Shown here: positions 26,382-35,640 of the stretch, in pieces | How the letters are laid out: every line of letters starts with the position of its first letter | Numbering within the stretch: the stretch's first letter is position 1 | Assembly (NCBI GenBank): GCA_900317955.1 | Contig: ONIP01000012.1 | Span: 27,075 to 91,074, forward strand | DNA: 64,000 bases | Source: an uncultured Bacteroidales bacterium | GTDB taxonomy: Bacteria; Bacteroidota; Bacteroidia; Bacteroidales; P3 | Direction of reading: 5' to 3' | The notes under the pieces: generated by a model | Seen by the model: only the letters and a program-made list of their open reading frames with translations | What the model was told of the DNA's origin: nothing | The model's database searches: none | Program-made: the position numbers and the translations under genes

Positions 26382-26408
26382 CAGCGACAGGTAATTTACC
26401 TATCGCTG
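26382..26408 (+). terminator. Hairpin after the MerR gene (12-bp stem with one mismatch)
   Basis: cagcgacaggta / tacctatcgctg with a 3-nt loop. No clear T-run follows. Confidence 0.35.
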
Positions 26409-26432
26409 TATCGTAAGGCAATAATATAACCA

Positions 26433-26482
26433 TTGTTCCACGGTTGTTTCAAACTTTATAGTGGGAAACAACCGTGGAACAA
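26433..26482. terminator. Perfect 18-bp inverted repeat between convergent genes (bidirectional terminator candidate)
   Basis: ttgttccacggttgtttc (26433-26450) pairs with gaaacaaccgtggaacaa (26465-26482). The loop is 14 nt. Confidence 0.6.
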
Positions 26483-26526
26483 GCGTTAAATGACTACCGT
26501 TTTATTGGAGGTAGGCCTTTGCGGGG

Positions 26527-28365
26527 TCAATCGAGAACTGCCTTCATTTCGGCTTCGTTGCGATAGGTCATCCTGCGGAATAGGTTTTCTTCGTCTTTCT
26601 GGCGGGTGATGCGGACTTGGTCGGCAACATATTGGCGGATGGTGTCATAGCGTTGCAACAGTTTTCGCCATTGGGCATCGTCAATGCTGTGGCATTCGCC
26701 AAGGTAGCAAAGCACCTGATAGGCATGGCGTCGGCACAAGGCAGGGTATTCGTCCCACCATTGGTTGTAACGGTCGTGCACCTGCTGCCAGCTGTCTATC
26801 TCACCGCTCTCAATTTGCGAGATTAGTTTGTCGAGTTCTTTTTGGGGAACCAGTTGGCCGCCGAGGTTTGCCCATTCGCGCTCTCGCTCGCCTTCTGCCA
26901 GCGAGGATTCTGGAAGGGTGGAGTGTTCACCGTTGTCGGTAAGGGTGTTCATGGCATAGTAGATGAGCATGTCTTCGTAGGCTTGGTAGCCCTGTGCAGC
27001 CTTGAGTACGCGCACCGGACGTTTGCCCTTCTCCATACCGTAGGCGAGCACTTCTACATGCTCCTTGTCTTTGTCGAATTTGAGGTAGGCCTGTTCGGTC
27101 CAGTATTTCAAGAGCATGCGGCCGTTGATGATTTCTTCGGCGGTGTCGGGGGCAAAGGGTGTGAAGACGATATGCTGGGCTTTCTTCTTGCGCTTGTCGC
27201 GTTTGGCGAATTTGGTGATATTGCGGTTGAGGGCGTACATGTTGTACATCCACCAATATGCGGGCATTACCTCGAGGCAGTGCTTGGAGGCGTTGTTGTT
27301 GACAAGGGCGAAAGGAAGGGTGATGCTGAGTTCGGCTGGATAGGCTCCTTTGGCCAGCAGGCAGTAGGAGGCGAAGCTGGAGGAGTGCTTGAGGCTGGTG
27401 CAAAGGCCAGGCCAGAAACCACGTCCGGCGACTATCTCGTTGTCGGCGGTACGGCCGTTGTGGTTGGAACCTACGGTGCATCCTGCGGCAAGGTTGCTTT
27501 GACCCATAACGAGCGAGGCGATAAGGAATGAGTTGTTGTGATGCTGTTCGTGGGCAGGGAAGATGATATTGTTGCCCACCTCGCAACGGGCGATAGTGGA
27601 GTTGTCGCCGACAACTGTGTCGTTGAGGCGCACACCGAATTCGAGATGCACATGTTCACCGAGGACGAATCGCATGGCAATGCAGCCGTATTCACAGGTG
27701 CATCCGTAGCCGACAACACCGTCGGCAAGCACAACGCAGTCCTCGATGCGGGTGGGAGTTTCCTCGTCGGAGAGAACGGCCACGTTGTGGAGGGTGCGGG
27801 TGTTTTTGATGATGGCATGGCTGCCGATGTGTCCATAGCATCCCTCGGGGGTTGCAAGGAGGCGACGGGTCATTGACTCAAGATGCTGGACCATGTTGGC
27901 ATGGTCGCGGTATTTGGCCCAGAGGTAGGCATCGCCGATGGTCATGCCGCTGAAGGGGAGTATGCGGCGACCGCCGTTCTCGTTCATGGGTTCTATCCAG
28001 GGGTAGTCGTTCTCGACGGCGGGGACGGTGGCGGTTATTTCGTCGACATTGAAAAGCAGGCAGTGGTCGCCGACAGTATAGCCACTGAGCATGTGGACGT
28101 TGTGTACAGCGCAGTGGTCGCTAACGACGGCATTGGCGAGCATGGAATTATAAAGTCCTTCCGGCAGGTGCAGGTCACCGTCATGGACATAGCCTTGCGC
28201 CATGGCGCCGAGCGATACACGGCCCATGAATACGTTGTTGCGGATAAGGTTGACGTCAAGAGTGTTGTCCACTTGCACCAGAGACCAGTCTTCAGCGCGG
28301 TTGCCGAGGAGCTGAAGCTGCTCGATTTCTTGGCTGGTCAGCGGTCGGAAAGATTTTGTTTTCAT
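26527..28365 (-). CDS. DUF4954-like conserved protein of unknown function (left-handed beta-helix-like core plus helical C-terminal domain)
   Basis: 612-aa ORF with coding-like composition. Degenerate hexapeptide-like repeats occur in the centre. The family name is from memory. Confidence 0.55.
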   Translation of the reverse strand: MKTKSFRPLTSQEIEQLQLLGNRAEDWSLVQVDNTLDVNLIRNNVFMGRVSLGAMAQGYVHDGDLHLPEGLYNSMLANAVVSDHCAVHNVHMLSGYTVGDHCLLFNVDEITATVPAVENDYPWIEPMNENGGRRILPFSGMTIGDAYLWAKYRDHANMVQHLESMTRRLLATPEGCYGHIGSHAIIKNTRTLHNVAVLSDEETPTRIEDCVVLADGVVGYGCTCEYGCIAMRFVLGEHVHLEFGVRLNDTVVGDNSTIARCEVGNNIIFPAHEQHHNNSFLIASLVMGQSNLAAGCTVGSNHNGRTADNEIVAGRGFWPGLCTSLKHSSSFASYCLLAKGAYPAELSITLPFALVNNNASKHCLEVMPAYWWMYNMYALNRNITKFAKRDKRKKKAQHIVFTPFAPDTAEEIINGRMLLKYWTEQAYLKFDKDKEHVEVLAYGMEKGKRPVRVLKAAQGYQAYEDMLIYYAMNTLTDNGEHSTLPESSLAEGEREREWANLGGQLVPQKELDKLISQIESGEIDSWQQVHDRYNQWWDEYPALCRRHAYQVLCYLGECHSIDDAQWRKLLQRYDTIRQYVADQVRITRQKDEENLFRRMTYRNEAEMKAVLD

Positions 28366-28521
28366 GATAATAAAAGATTACAAATGATATATGATATGAA
28401 TTGAAATAAAAATGCAAATATCGCAAAAATAATTGACATGGCAGAAAAAAAAATGAAATGCTATGGTTTGGACAATGACAGTGGGAGTGGAACAGGAACG
28501 GAAGAGCACAGGGGAAAACAA

Positions 28522-28552
28522 GGGGGGCGGTGCGCAGTGCGCACCGCCCCCC
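28522..28552 (-). terminator. Strong GC hairpin that terminates hpf
   Basis: ggggggcggtgcgc/gcgcaccgcccccc form a 14-bp perfect stem with a 3-nt loop. A T-rich tract follows on the minus strand. Confidence 0.75.
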
Positions 28553-28577
28553 GAGGGTTGGACATTGTTGACAAGGA

Positions 28578-28871
28578 TTACTTGTAACGTTCTTTGTATT
28601 TATCGATTTGGCCTTTCATGGAATCCACACAGTCGGAGACAGCTTCCTCGAAAGTGTCGGCCTGCTTGCTGTTGAAGAGTGTCTGTCCGGGGAGATTAAG
28701 CGAGAGTTCAGCAATTTTGTTGTTGTCGCTCTCGGGTTTGTCAACCTTAAGGATAACCTCACATTTAACTGCATTGTCGATAAGACGGTCGAGTTTGGCC
28801 ACTTTCTCGATGACGAATTTTTCCAGTTTGGGGTCTGCCTTGAATTTAACGGCATTGATTGTTGTGTTCAT
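28578..28871 (-). CDS. hpf: Ribosome hibernation promoting factor / RaiA family (short form)
   Basis: The start is the internal ATG at 28871 (MNTTINAVKFKADPKLEKFVIEKV...). The longer ORF in the track reads through the upstream gene in another frame. Confidence 0.8.
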   Translation of the reverse strand: MNTTINAVKFKADPKLEKFVIEKVAKLDRLIDNAVKCEVILKVDKPESDNNKIAELSLNLPGQTLFNSKQADTFEEAVSDCVDSMKGQIDKYKERYK

Positions 28872-28881
28872 AGTGATCTCC

Positions 28882-29820
28882 TTACTTTTTATATGCCCTT
28901 GGATGGGCGTGTTTATATGATTCTTTAAGATGTTCGCGTGACAGGTGGGTGTAAATCTCGGTGGAAGAGAGGTCGCTGTGGCCCAGAAGTTCTTTGATGG
29001 CGTCGATATTGGCACCGTCGTTGAGCATGTGGGTGGCAAAGGTGTGGCGGAAGACATGGGGGCTTGTACGGTCGGCAGTGGAGCGCGGGCGCATGTAGCG
29101 TTCGACGATTTGGTAGATTTTGTTGTCGGTGACGGGTTTGCCTTTGGAAGTTATGAGCAGCGGAGAGGAGGCATCGGGCGTAGTGTCGGGTTTTTGCTGA
29201 GCGAGGACTTCTTCTCTCAGGGTGATGTAACGGGCGATGGATTGCGCCAGTTCGTTTTCGATGGGGATGATACGTTCTTTGTTGCGTTTGCCGCGTACTT
29301 TAATGGTGAGGGAAGTGATGTCGATGGCGGAAAGAGGGAGGGAAGCCAGTTCGGAGCGGCGCATGCCGGTTTCGTAGAGCATACGGAGGGTGAGGCGTTC
29401 GGTCTGCCCGTCGAAGGTATCGGGAAAAATGTCGGAGTAGATGCTTTCCACTTCTCTCTGTTTGAAAAAGACGGGGAGGCGTACAGGGCGTTTGGGAGGA
29501 TTGATGGAAGCCATGACGTCGCGTTCCATGCCTTGGTACTTCATGAGATATTTGAACCATGCACGAAGGGCGGAGAGCTGCTTGGCAACGGTGCCGGGGT
29601 GGTGGCCGGAGTCGAGTTGGCTCATTTGCCAGCTGGAGACTTCGCGGGGCGTGATGTCGTCGGTATCGGTGATGTGAAGCGTGAGGAGGTATTGAGAGAA
29701 TGCCTGAACCTCGCCCACGTAGTATTTTGTGGTACCAGCGGCCAGCCTGCGCTCATGAGTGACATAGTCGGCGAAACATTGTATGGCTTCGGATATTTTC
29801 ACGTTTGCAAAGATACGCAA
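28882..29820 (-). CDS. Tyrosine recombinase, XerC/XerD-like
   Basis: The N-terminal SAM-like domain has ...YVTHERRLAAGT.KYY... The catalytic HVFRHTFATHML and LGHSDLSSTEIYTH motifs are present. The listed ATG overlaps the putative -7 box, so the true start is uncertain (possibly GTG at 29802). Confidence 0.75.
   Translation of the reverse strand: MRIFANVKISEAIQCFADYVTHERRLAAGTTKYYVGEVQAFSQYLLTLHITDTDDITPREVSSWQMSQLDSGHHPGTVAKQLSALRAWFKYLMKYQGMERDVMASINPPKRPVRLPVFFKQREVESIYSDIFPDTFDGQTERLTLRMLYETGMRRSELASLPLSAIDITSLTIKVRGKRNKERIIPIENELAQSIARYITLREEVLAQQKPDTTPDASSPLLITSKGKPVTDNKIYQIVERYMRPRSTADRTSPHVFRHTFATHMLNDGANIDAIKELLGHSDLSSTEIYTHLSREHLKESYKHAHPRAYKK
29808..29815 (-). promoter_or_regulatory. 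-7 promoter box TATCTTTG (minus strand) for the xerC-like/hpf unit
   Basis: tttgCAAAGATAcgcaaaaaa is the same extended motif seen at five other minus-strand gene starts in the window. Confidence 0.5.
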
Positions 29821-30088
29821 AAAAAACGTATCAATAGTTAAATTCTCAAAATATTTTTTCGAAGGGGTGGCAATTGAGGGTATAACCTACGCTGTTACAA
29901 CAATAAGTGAGAATATAAGGCGGGGTAAAGCTGATGCCACAGGAGAAGCCGAGCGGGGCGGAGAAGGCTTCGGGACACAGTTCAGATGCAGGCAGAGGCT
30001 AACAACAGGGATAGGTGCAAGAGCGTGCGAGGCGAGTATTTTTTAATTGATTTTAGATATAAAGTGACGATAAATGCACAATATTTTG

Positions 30089-30096
30089 TATCTTTG
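30089..30096 (+). promoter_or_regulatory. -7 promoter box TATCTTTG for rseP
   Basis: ttttgTATCTTTGcacg ends 38 nt upstream of the ATG at 30134. Confidence 0.6.
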
Positions 30097-30133
30097 CACG
30101 TTTTTTGAATTATTTGAATAGAAGCCTAACAAC

Positions 30134-31537
30134 ATGAAAGCCTTAATATTCCTAATAAGCCTGTCGTTGCTGGTTGTGACCCATGAACTGGGACATTTGT
30201 TTTTTGCGAAACTGTTTCATACCCGAGTCAACCGGTTCTATGTGTTTTTTAACTGGAAATTCTCGATTCTGAAAGCGAAGAAATTCAATGGCAAGTGGCA
30301 CTTTCTTTTCTTCAACTCCAAGACACCCGAGTCTTGGGATGAGAAGAACCTGAGTCCCGAGGACCAGAACAATACATTGTGGGGGTTGGGCTGGCTGCCA
30401 CTGGGTGGATATTGCGACATTGCCGGTATGGTGGACGAAACCAAGGACGCAAGCGACATGGCAAGCACACCCCAACCGTGGGAATACCGTACCAAACCCC
30501 GTTGGCAGCGGTTGTTTATTTTGTCGGGAGGCGTGTTGGTCAACTTTGTTTCTGCCCTTATCATTTATGGTGCCATATTCTCGCACTGGGGCAAGGACGA
30601 ACTGCCCTTGAGGAACGCCCGACTGGGATATGCCTACCACGAGATATTGAAAGACCAAGGTTTTCAGGACGGGGACATTCTGTACGCTCTTGACGGCGTG
30701 GAGCAATATGACTTCAGCGAGGCGATGAAAAGCCTGGTTTTGAACAAACCGAAAACTGCCACGTTGTTGCGCGGCGACAGCCTTGTGGAGATAACTTTCA
30801 GGGAAGACATACTTGCCCAAGTTGCCAAGAAGAATCCAAAACGTTTGATGACTCCATTGTTCCCGTTTGTGGTGAAGGAGTTTGCACCGGGTTCGCTGGC
30901 CAAGGCGAACGGGTTCGAGATTGGCGACAGCCTGGTAAGCATCAACGATATACCGACACCGTCGGCTCAAGTATTCACCAAAACACTTGGGACATTTGCC
31001 GACGACAGTGCGAAGATAGGGCTGTACCGCAATGGGGAATTGATGGCGATAACCGTTAAACTGGGAGGCGACGGGAAACTGGGTATTTATGCCCAGAACG
31101 ACATGAGTAAATTGTTTAAGGTCAATCACATCGACTACACCCTTTGGGAGGCCATCCCCGCCGGAATCAGTTATGGATGGGAGACGCTGACGACGTATGT
31201 CGCATCGCTTGGGGTTCTGTTTACCAAAGACGGCGTCAACAGTCTTGGCGGATTTATCAGCATGGCAAATCTATTCCCCGACCATTGGGAGTGGCGCGCC
31301 TTCTGGGATATTACGGCGTTGCTGGCTGTGGTGCTTGCCTTTATGAACATCATACCGATACCCGGCCTTGACGGAGGACACATCGTTATCACCCTTTGGG
31401 AGATGATTACCCGGAGACCCGTGAACGAGAAGGTACTCAATGTGATTCAATATATCGGGCTGTCCCTTTTGATATTGCTGATGGTGGTAGCCAACGGCAA
31501 CGATTTGATAAAAGTGTTTACCGGGGTGATGAGGTAA
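30134..31537 (+). CDS. rseP: RIP (site-2) zinc metalloprotease RseP
   Basis: HELGH sits in the first TM helix. A central PDZ-like region and the C-terminal NIIPIPGLDGG motif are present. Confidence 0.9.
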   Translation: MKALIFLISLSLLVVTHELGHLFFAKLFHTRVNRFYVFFNWKFSILKAKKFNGKWHFLFFNSKTPESWDEKNLSPEDQNNTLWGLGWLPLGGYCDIAGMVDETKDASDMASTPQPWEYRTKPRWQRLFILSGGVLVNFVSALIIYGAIFSHWGKDELPLRNARLGYAYHEILKDQGFQDGDILYALDGVEQYDFSEAMKSLVLNKPKTATLLRGDSLVEITFREDILAQVAKKNPKRLMTPLFPFVVKEFAPGSLAKANGFEIGDSLVSINDIPTPSAQVFTKTLGTFADDSAKIGLYRNGELMAITVKLGGDGKLGIYAQNDMSKLFKVNHIDYTLWEAIPAGISYGWETLTTYVASLGVLFTKDGVNSLGGFISMANLFPDHWEWRAFWDITALLAVVLAFMNIIPIPGLDGGHIVITLWEMITRRPVNEKVLNVIQYIGLSLLILLMVVANGNDLIKVFTGVMR

Positions 31538-31561
31538 AAGAAGAAAAAAGGAACGCCCACC

Positions 31562-32989
31562 ATGAAGAAAATAGACAAACTGATACTGAAGTCGTTCCTC
31601 GGCCCGCTGCTGCTGACATTTGCCATAGCAGTGTTTGTGCTGTTGATGCAGTTTGTGTGGAAATATATTGACGACTTGGTGGGAAAAGGTCTTGAGGTGG
31701 GCGTGATAGCTGAGTTGCTTCTGTATGCCTCGGCAACATTTGTACCAATGGCGTTGCCGATATCGGTATTGTTTGCCTCGATAATGACCATGGGCAATTT
31801 CGGAGAAAAATACGAGCTTGTGGCCATGAAAGCGGGCGGGATTTCGGTTCGCCGCATTATGCTGCCGATGGCCTTGGTGGCATTGTTTATGACCGGAATT
31901 GCTTTTTACTTTGCCAACAACGTGTTACCCGTTGCCATGCACAAATACCGCATGACCTTGTATGATATTCAGCGCAAAAAACCGGCGGTGAGCATCCGTC
32001 CGAGCGAGTATTATGACGAGATTGACGGATATGTAATCAGGGTGAACGGCAAGGATCCCGACGGGAGAACGATGCGCGACATAATTATTTACGACCATAC
32101 CCAAGGGATAAACCGAACGAACATCACGGTGGCAGACCACGGAAATATGCAGACCACCCCGGATGACAAGTATCTGGTGTTTACGCTTTATGACGGTTAT
32201 TCATACAGTGAGCCCACCGAAGGGGAGGATGCCGCGAAACGTCCTTTGACAAGCATCGGTTTCGACAAGCAGATACTGACATTCGACATTTCGGATTTCG
32301 CCTTCAAGAAATCAGATGAGAACTTTTTCAGCGGACACTACCAGATGCTGAATGTAGCACAGCTGGATTCGTCAATTAATTCGTTGGAGGGAAGCATGGT
32401 GAACCGGTATGTTGAGTTCAGAGACATGACTATGAATAAATTGAGGGCATACAAATACTACGTTGATCACACAGAAGACAGTTCCTCTTATACCGATATT
32501 GAACAATGGCTATCGGACACTAACAAAGCCACCCGCGAGAAGATAGTGAACCATGCCAAATCAATAGCATTCAACGCACAAAGCGACATACAGTCATACA
32601 CTTCTATCATCAGTTCGGAACAGGAACATATAAACAGACACTGGATAGAGTTGATGAGGAAGTTTACGTTGTCGGTGGCCTGTTTGCTACTGTTCCTTAT
32701 AGGTGCACCGTTTGGCTCCATTGTTCGCAAAGGCGGATTGGGCATGCCTTTGGTTGCTTCGGTAATTTTCTTTGTTTTATACTACGTTATAGGAATGATA
32801 AGTGAAAAGTCGGTGCGCGAAGACGCGGTTGCTCCTGTGGGCATGTGGATATCGACTTTTGTATTCATACCGATAGGAGCATTGCTGACATGGCAAGCAA
32901 CAACCGACTCAAGTTTCTTCGACCTTGCGACATGGAAACGATGGCTCCACATCAAAAACAAAGCTAAAAGCCGACACGGCAAGTCGTAA
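31562..32989 (+). CDS. LptF/LptG (YjgP/YjgQ) family permease
   Basis: N-terminal ILKSFLGPLLLTFAIAVFVLLMQ, a large periplasmic insert and C-terminal TM helices. Confidence 0.75.
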   Translation: MKKIDKLILKSFLGPLLLTFAIAVFVLLMQFVWKYIDDLVGKGLEVGVIAELLLYASATFVPMALPISVLFASIMTMGNFGEKYELVAMKAGGISVRRIMLPMALVALFMTGIAFYFANNVLPVAMHKYRMTLYDIQRKKPAVSIRPSEYYDEIDGYVIRVNGKDPDGRTMRDIIIYDHTQGINRTNITVADHGNMQTTPDDKYLVFTLYDGYSYSEPTEGEDAAKRPLTSIGFDKQILTFDISDFAFKKSDENFFSGHYQMLNVAQLDSSINSLEGSMVNRYVEFRDMTMNKLRAYKYYVDHTEDSSSYTDIEQWLSDTNKATREKIVNHAKSIAFNAQSDIQSYTSIISSEQEHINRHWIELMRKFTLSVACLLLFLIGAPFGSIVRKGGLGMPLVASVIFFVLYYVIGMISEKSVREDAVAPVGMWISTFVFIPIGALLTWQATTDSSFFDLATWKRWLHIKNKAKSRHGKS

Positions 32990-33473
32990 TACCATCCCTG
33001 ATTTCAGATTAACCCTACTTTGACTACAATGGCTGGGCACACAATGCCAACCGTTTGTACGAGACCCATAGTTGGGGCTGGAGTTTTTTTGCAGGACAGG
33101 ATATGTAAAACAGGGTACAGCAATAAGAAGATTGCAGCCATAGATTAGCGCGAAGACAACACGGAAACTCTCATGTAAGAAAATCGTTCCAATAAACTTG
33201 TAATCAATAATATACGGTAATTATTAGAAGACAGATCAGGATTTGAAATATAGACTAACGAATTGAGTATCAAAACAAAATGCAAAAACAAGAAACAATA
33301 GCGCATAGCGGAATACGAAAATGAGCCAAAACAAGACAAATAAAGTAGAAAAAAGAATATGAAATAGACTGATGGGGTTATTTTAAAGAATAAAAACAGT
33401 ATTGAATATCAGTGGTATATAAAATAATTTGAAGAAAAAGGCAAAAAAAATTTGCGGGATGAGAAAAAAGTAG

Positions 33474-33481
33474 TATTTTTG
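33474..33481 (+). promoter_or_regulatory. -7 box TATTTTTG with a TTTG at 33451-33454 (-33-like), promoter of the tRNA-tuf unit
   Basis: aaTTTGcggg...(19 nt)...TATTTTTGcaacc, preceded by an A-rich tract of about 300 bp. Confidence 0.6.
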
Positions 33482-33528
33482 CAACCTCAAAACAAGAGAA
33501 CAAAGAGTTGTTTGACAAAGCTGAAAAA

Positions 33529-33601
33529 GCCGATGTAACTCAGTTGGTAGAGTAGCTGATTTGTAATCAGCCTGTCGGGGGTTCGAGTCCCTTCATCGGC
33601 T
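33529..33601 (+). tRNA. tRNA-Thr (anticodon TGT)
   Basis: I folded the cloverleaf by hand. The acceptor is gccgatg/catcggc and the anticodon loop is ttTGTaa. The T-loop is ttcgagt, and no CCA is encoded. Confidence 0.9.
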
Positions 33602-33683
33602 GGGGAAGTCGCATAGTGGCAATTGCAACAGACTGTAAATCTGTCCTCTTCGGAGTTCAGTGGTTCGAGTCCACTCTTCCCCA
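33602..33683 (+). tRNA. tRNA-Tyr (anticodon GTA), class II with a long variable arm
   Basis: The acceptor is ggggaag/cttcccc and the anticodon loop is ctGTAaa. The T-arm is agtgg-ttcgagt-ccact. Confidence 0.9.
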
Positions 33684-33699
33684 CAAAACCTACTGAAAA

Positions 33700-33772
33700 G
33701 CGGAAGTAGCTCATTTGGTAGAGCGATAGCCTTCCAAGCTATAGGTGGCGGGTTCGAGCCCCGTCTTCCGCT
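33700..33772 (+). tRNA. tRNA-Gly (anticodon TCC)
   Basis: The acceptor is gcggaag/cttccgc and the anticodon loop is ctTCCaa. Confidence 0.9.
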
Positions 33773-33825
33773 CAAAGAAAAAAGCGGAAAACAGGCACGA
33801 GGACGCCGACGCTATGAAGTAAAAA

Positions 33826-33898
<73 letters not shown>

Positions 33899-33965
33899 CT
33901 TTTTTTATGCAAAATTGAATGTGAAAAATAGATAATTAATTTGTTAACATTAATACGTATTAAAC

Positions 33966-35153
33966 ATGGCAAAAGAAAAATTTGATCGTTCAAAACCGCA
34001 CGTCAACATCGGCACTATTGGCCACGTTGACCATGGTAAGACCACTCTGACCGCTGCTATCACCAAAGTGCTGGCTGCAAAAGGTCTCTCCGAAGTGAAA
34101 TCATTCGACTCTATCGACTCTGCTCCTGAAGAGAAAGAGCGCGGTATCACCATTAACACCGCTCACGTTGAGTATCAGACTGAGACCCGCCACTATGCAC
34201 ACGTTGACTGCCCTGGCCACGCTGACTATGTGAAGAACATGGTTACCGGTGCTGCCCAGATGGACGGTGCTATCCTGGTTGTTGCTGCTACCGATGGTCC
34301 CATGCCTCAGACCCGTGAGCACATCCTGCTCGCCCGTCAGGTTGGTGTTCCCCAGTTGGTTGTTTTCATGAACAAGTGCGACTTGGTTGACGATCCCGAG
34401 CTTCTCGACCTCGTTGAGATGGAAATCCGCGAGCTCCTCAGCTCTTATGACTTCGACGGTGACAACATTCCTATCATCCGTGGTTCCGCTCTTGCAGCTC
34501 TGAATGGCGAACCCAGCGGTGTTAAGGCCGTTGAGGAATTGATGGAAGCCGTTGACACTTGGATTCCTCTGCCCACCCGCGCAGTTGACAAACCCTTCTT
34601 GATGCCCATCGAGGACGTTTTCTCAATCACTGGCCGTGGTACCGTTGCTACCGGTCGTATCGAGACTGGCGTTATCCACACCAGCGACCCCGTTGACATT
34701 ATCGGTATGGGTGCCGAGAAACTGACCAGCGTTGTTACCGGTGTTGAGATGTTCCGCAAGATTCTTGACGAAGGTGAAGCTGGTGATAACGTCGGACTGC
34801 TGCTCCGTGGTATCGACAAGAATGAGATCCGCCGCGGTATGGTTATCGCTGCTCCGAAGTCCATTCATCCTCACCACAAATTCGAGGCTACTGTCTATAT
34901 CCTGAAGAAGGAAGAAGGCGGCCGTCACACCCCGTTCCACAACAAATATCGTCCTCAGTTCTATTTCCGCACCACCGATGTTACTGGTGAGATCTCTCTC
35001 CCCGAAGGTCGCGAAATGGTTATGCCCGGTGATAACTTGACCATCACCGTTGATCTGATCAACGATATCGCTCTGAACGAGAACCTCCGTTTCGCTATCC
35101 GCGAAGGTGGCCGTACCGTTGGTTCCGGTCAGGTGACCAAGATCATTGAATAA
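33966..35153 (+). CDS. tuf: Elongation factor Tu
   Basis: [22 protein letters not shown] and other EF-Tu signatures run through the whole length. Confidence 0.98.
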   Translation: MAKEKFDRSKPHVNIGTIGHVDHGKTTLTAAITKVLAAKGLSEVKSFDSIDSAPEEKERGITINTAHVEYQTETRHYAHVDCPGHADYVKNMVTGAAQMDGAILVVAATDGPMPQTREHILLARQVGVPQLVVFMNKCDLVDDPELLDLVEMEIRELLSSYDFDGDNIPIIRGSALAALNGEPSGVKAVEELMEAVDTWIPLPTRAVDKPFLMPIEDVFSITGRGTVATGRIETGVIHTSDPVDIIGMGAEKLTSVVTGVEMFRKILDEGEAGDNVGLLLRGIDKNEIRRGMVIAAPKSIHPHHKFEATVYILKKEEGGRHTPFHNKYRPQFYFRTTDVTGEISLPEGREMVMPGDNLTITVDLINDIALNENLRFAIREGGRTVGSGQVTKIIE

Positions 35154-35196
35154 TTTCAATCCTAAATAGAGACGCTGCACAAACAGCGTCTCTAAT

Positions 35197-35267
35197 AGGG
35201 GCATAGTTAAATGGTATAATGACGGTCTCCAAAACCGTAGTTGGGAGTTCGATTCTCTCTGCCCCTG
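35197..35267 (+). tRNA. tRNA-Trp (anticodon CCA)
   Basis: The acceptor is aggggca/tgcccct and the anticodon loop is ctCCAaa. A 10-bp hairpin precedes it (35168-35193). Confidence 0.9.
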
Positions 35268-35285
35268 CAAAAAAATTGATATCAA

Positions 35286-35501
35286 ATGTCTAAATTCGGA
35301 AATTACGTAAAAGAGAGTTACGACGAGTTGGTGCACAAAGTGTCGTGGCCCACGTTTAAAGAATTGCAGAGCAGTGCTGTAGTAGTTGCTGTGGCTGCAC
35401 TTATTTTAGCCCTTATCGTCTTCTGCATGGATGTTATTTTCGGCGTCCAGAGCATGGGATGGAAAGGATTACTCGGATACTTTTATTCTTTAATCGGATA
35501 A
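35286..35501 (+). CDS. secE: Preprotein translocase subunit SecE
   Basis: 71 aa with ...ELVHKVSWPTFKEL... followed by a single TM helix. It sits in the conserved position before nusG. Confidence 0.85.
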   Translation: MSKFGNYVKESYDELVHKVSWPTFKELQSSAVVVAVAALILALIVFCMDVIFGVQSMGWKGLLGYFYSLIG

Positions 35502-35640
35502 GACAAGAGAAACAGCCAGTCTTGCTTCCCAATTTTTTTGAGATTCGGCTAATCTGTATTGTTTATCTGATAAAAAGACGTTTCGGAAGGCAGTTGCCGG
35601 AAGATACGAGTATAAACCCACTATTCTTTTAAGAAACAGC

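Noticed and set aside
28578-29057. The 159-aa ORF listed in the track for the hpf locus.
   Set aside because: Its N-terminal 62 aa run through the 3' end of the xerC-like gene in another frame and are Pro/Thr-rich nonsense. The recognisable HPF/RaiA sequence starts at the internal ATG at 28871.
28882-29820. The tyrosine recombinase could mark an integrated mobile element.
   Set aside because: There are no flanking direct repeats, no adjacent tRNA target, and no cargo, excisionase or transfer genes. It forms a tight unit with hpf between housekeeping genes, which fits a chromosomal Xer-type recombinase.
29783-30046. An 87-aa plus-strand ORF in the xerC-rseP spacer.
   Set aside because: It starts inside the xerC-like gene on the opposite strand and spans that gene's putative promoter. 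Its composition is not coding-like. It is kept only as part of the unassigned-island observation.
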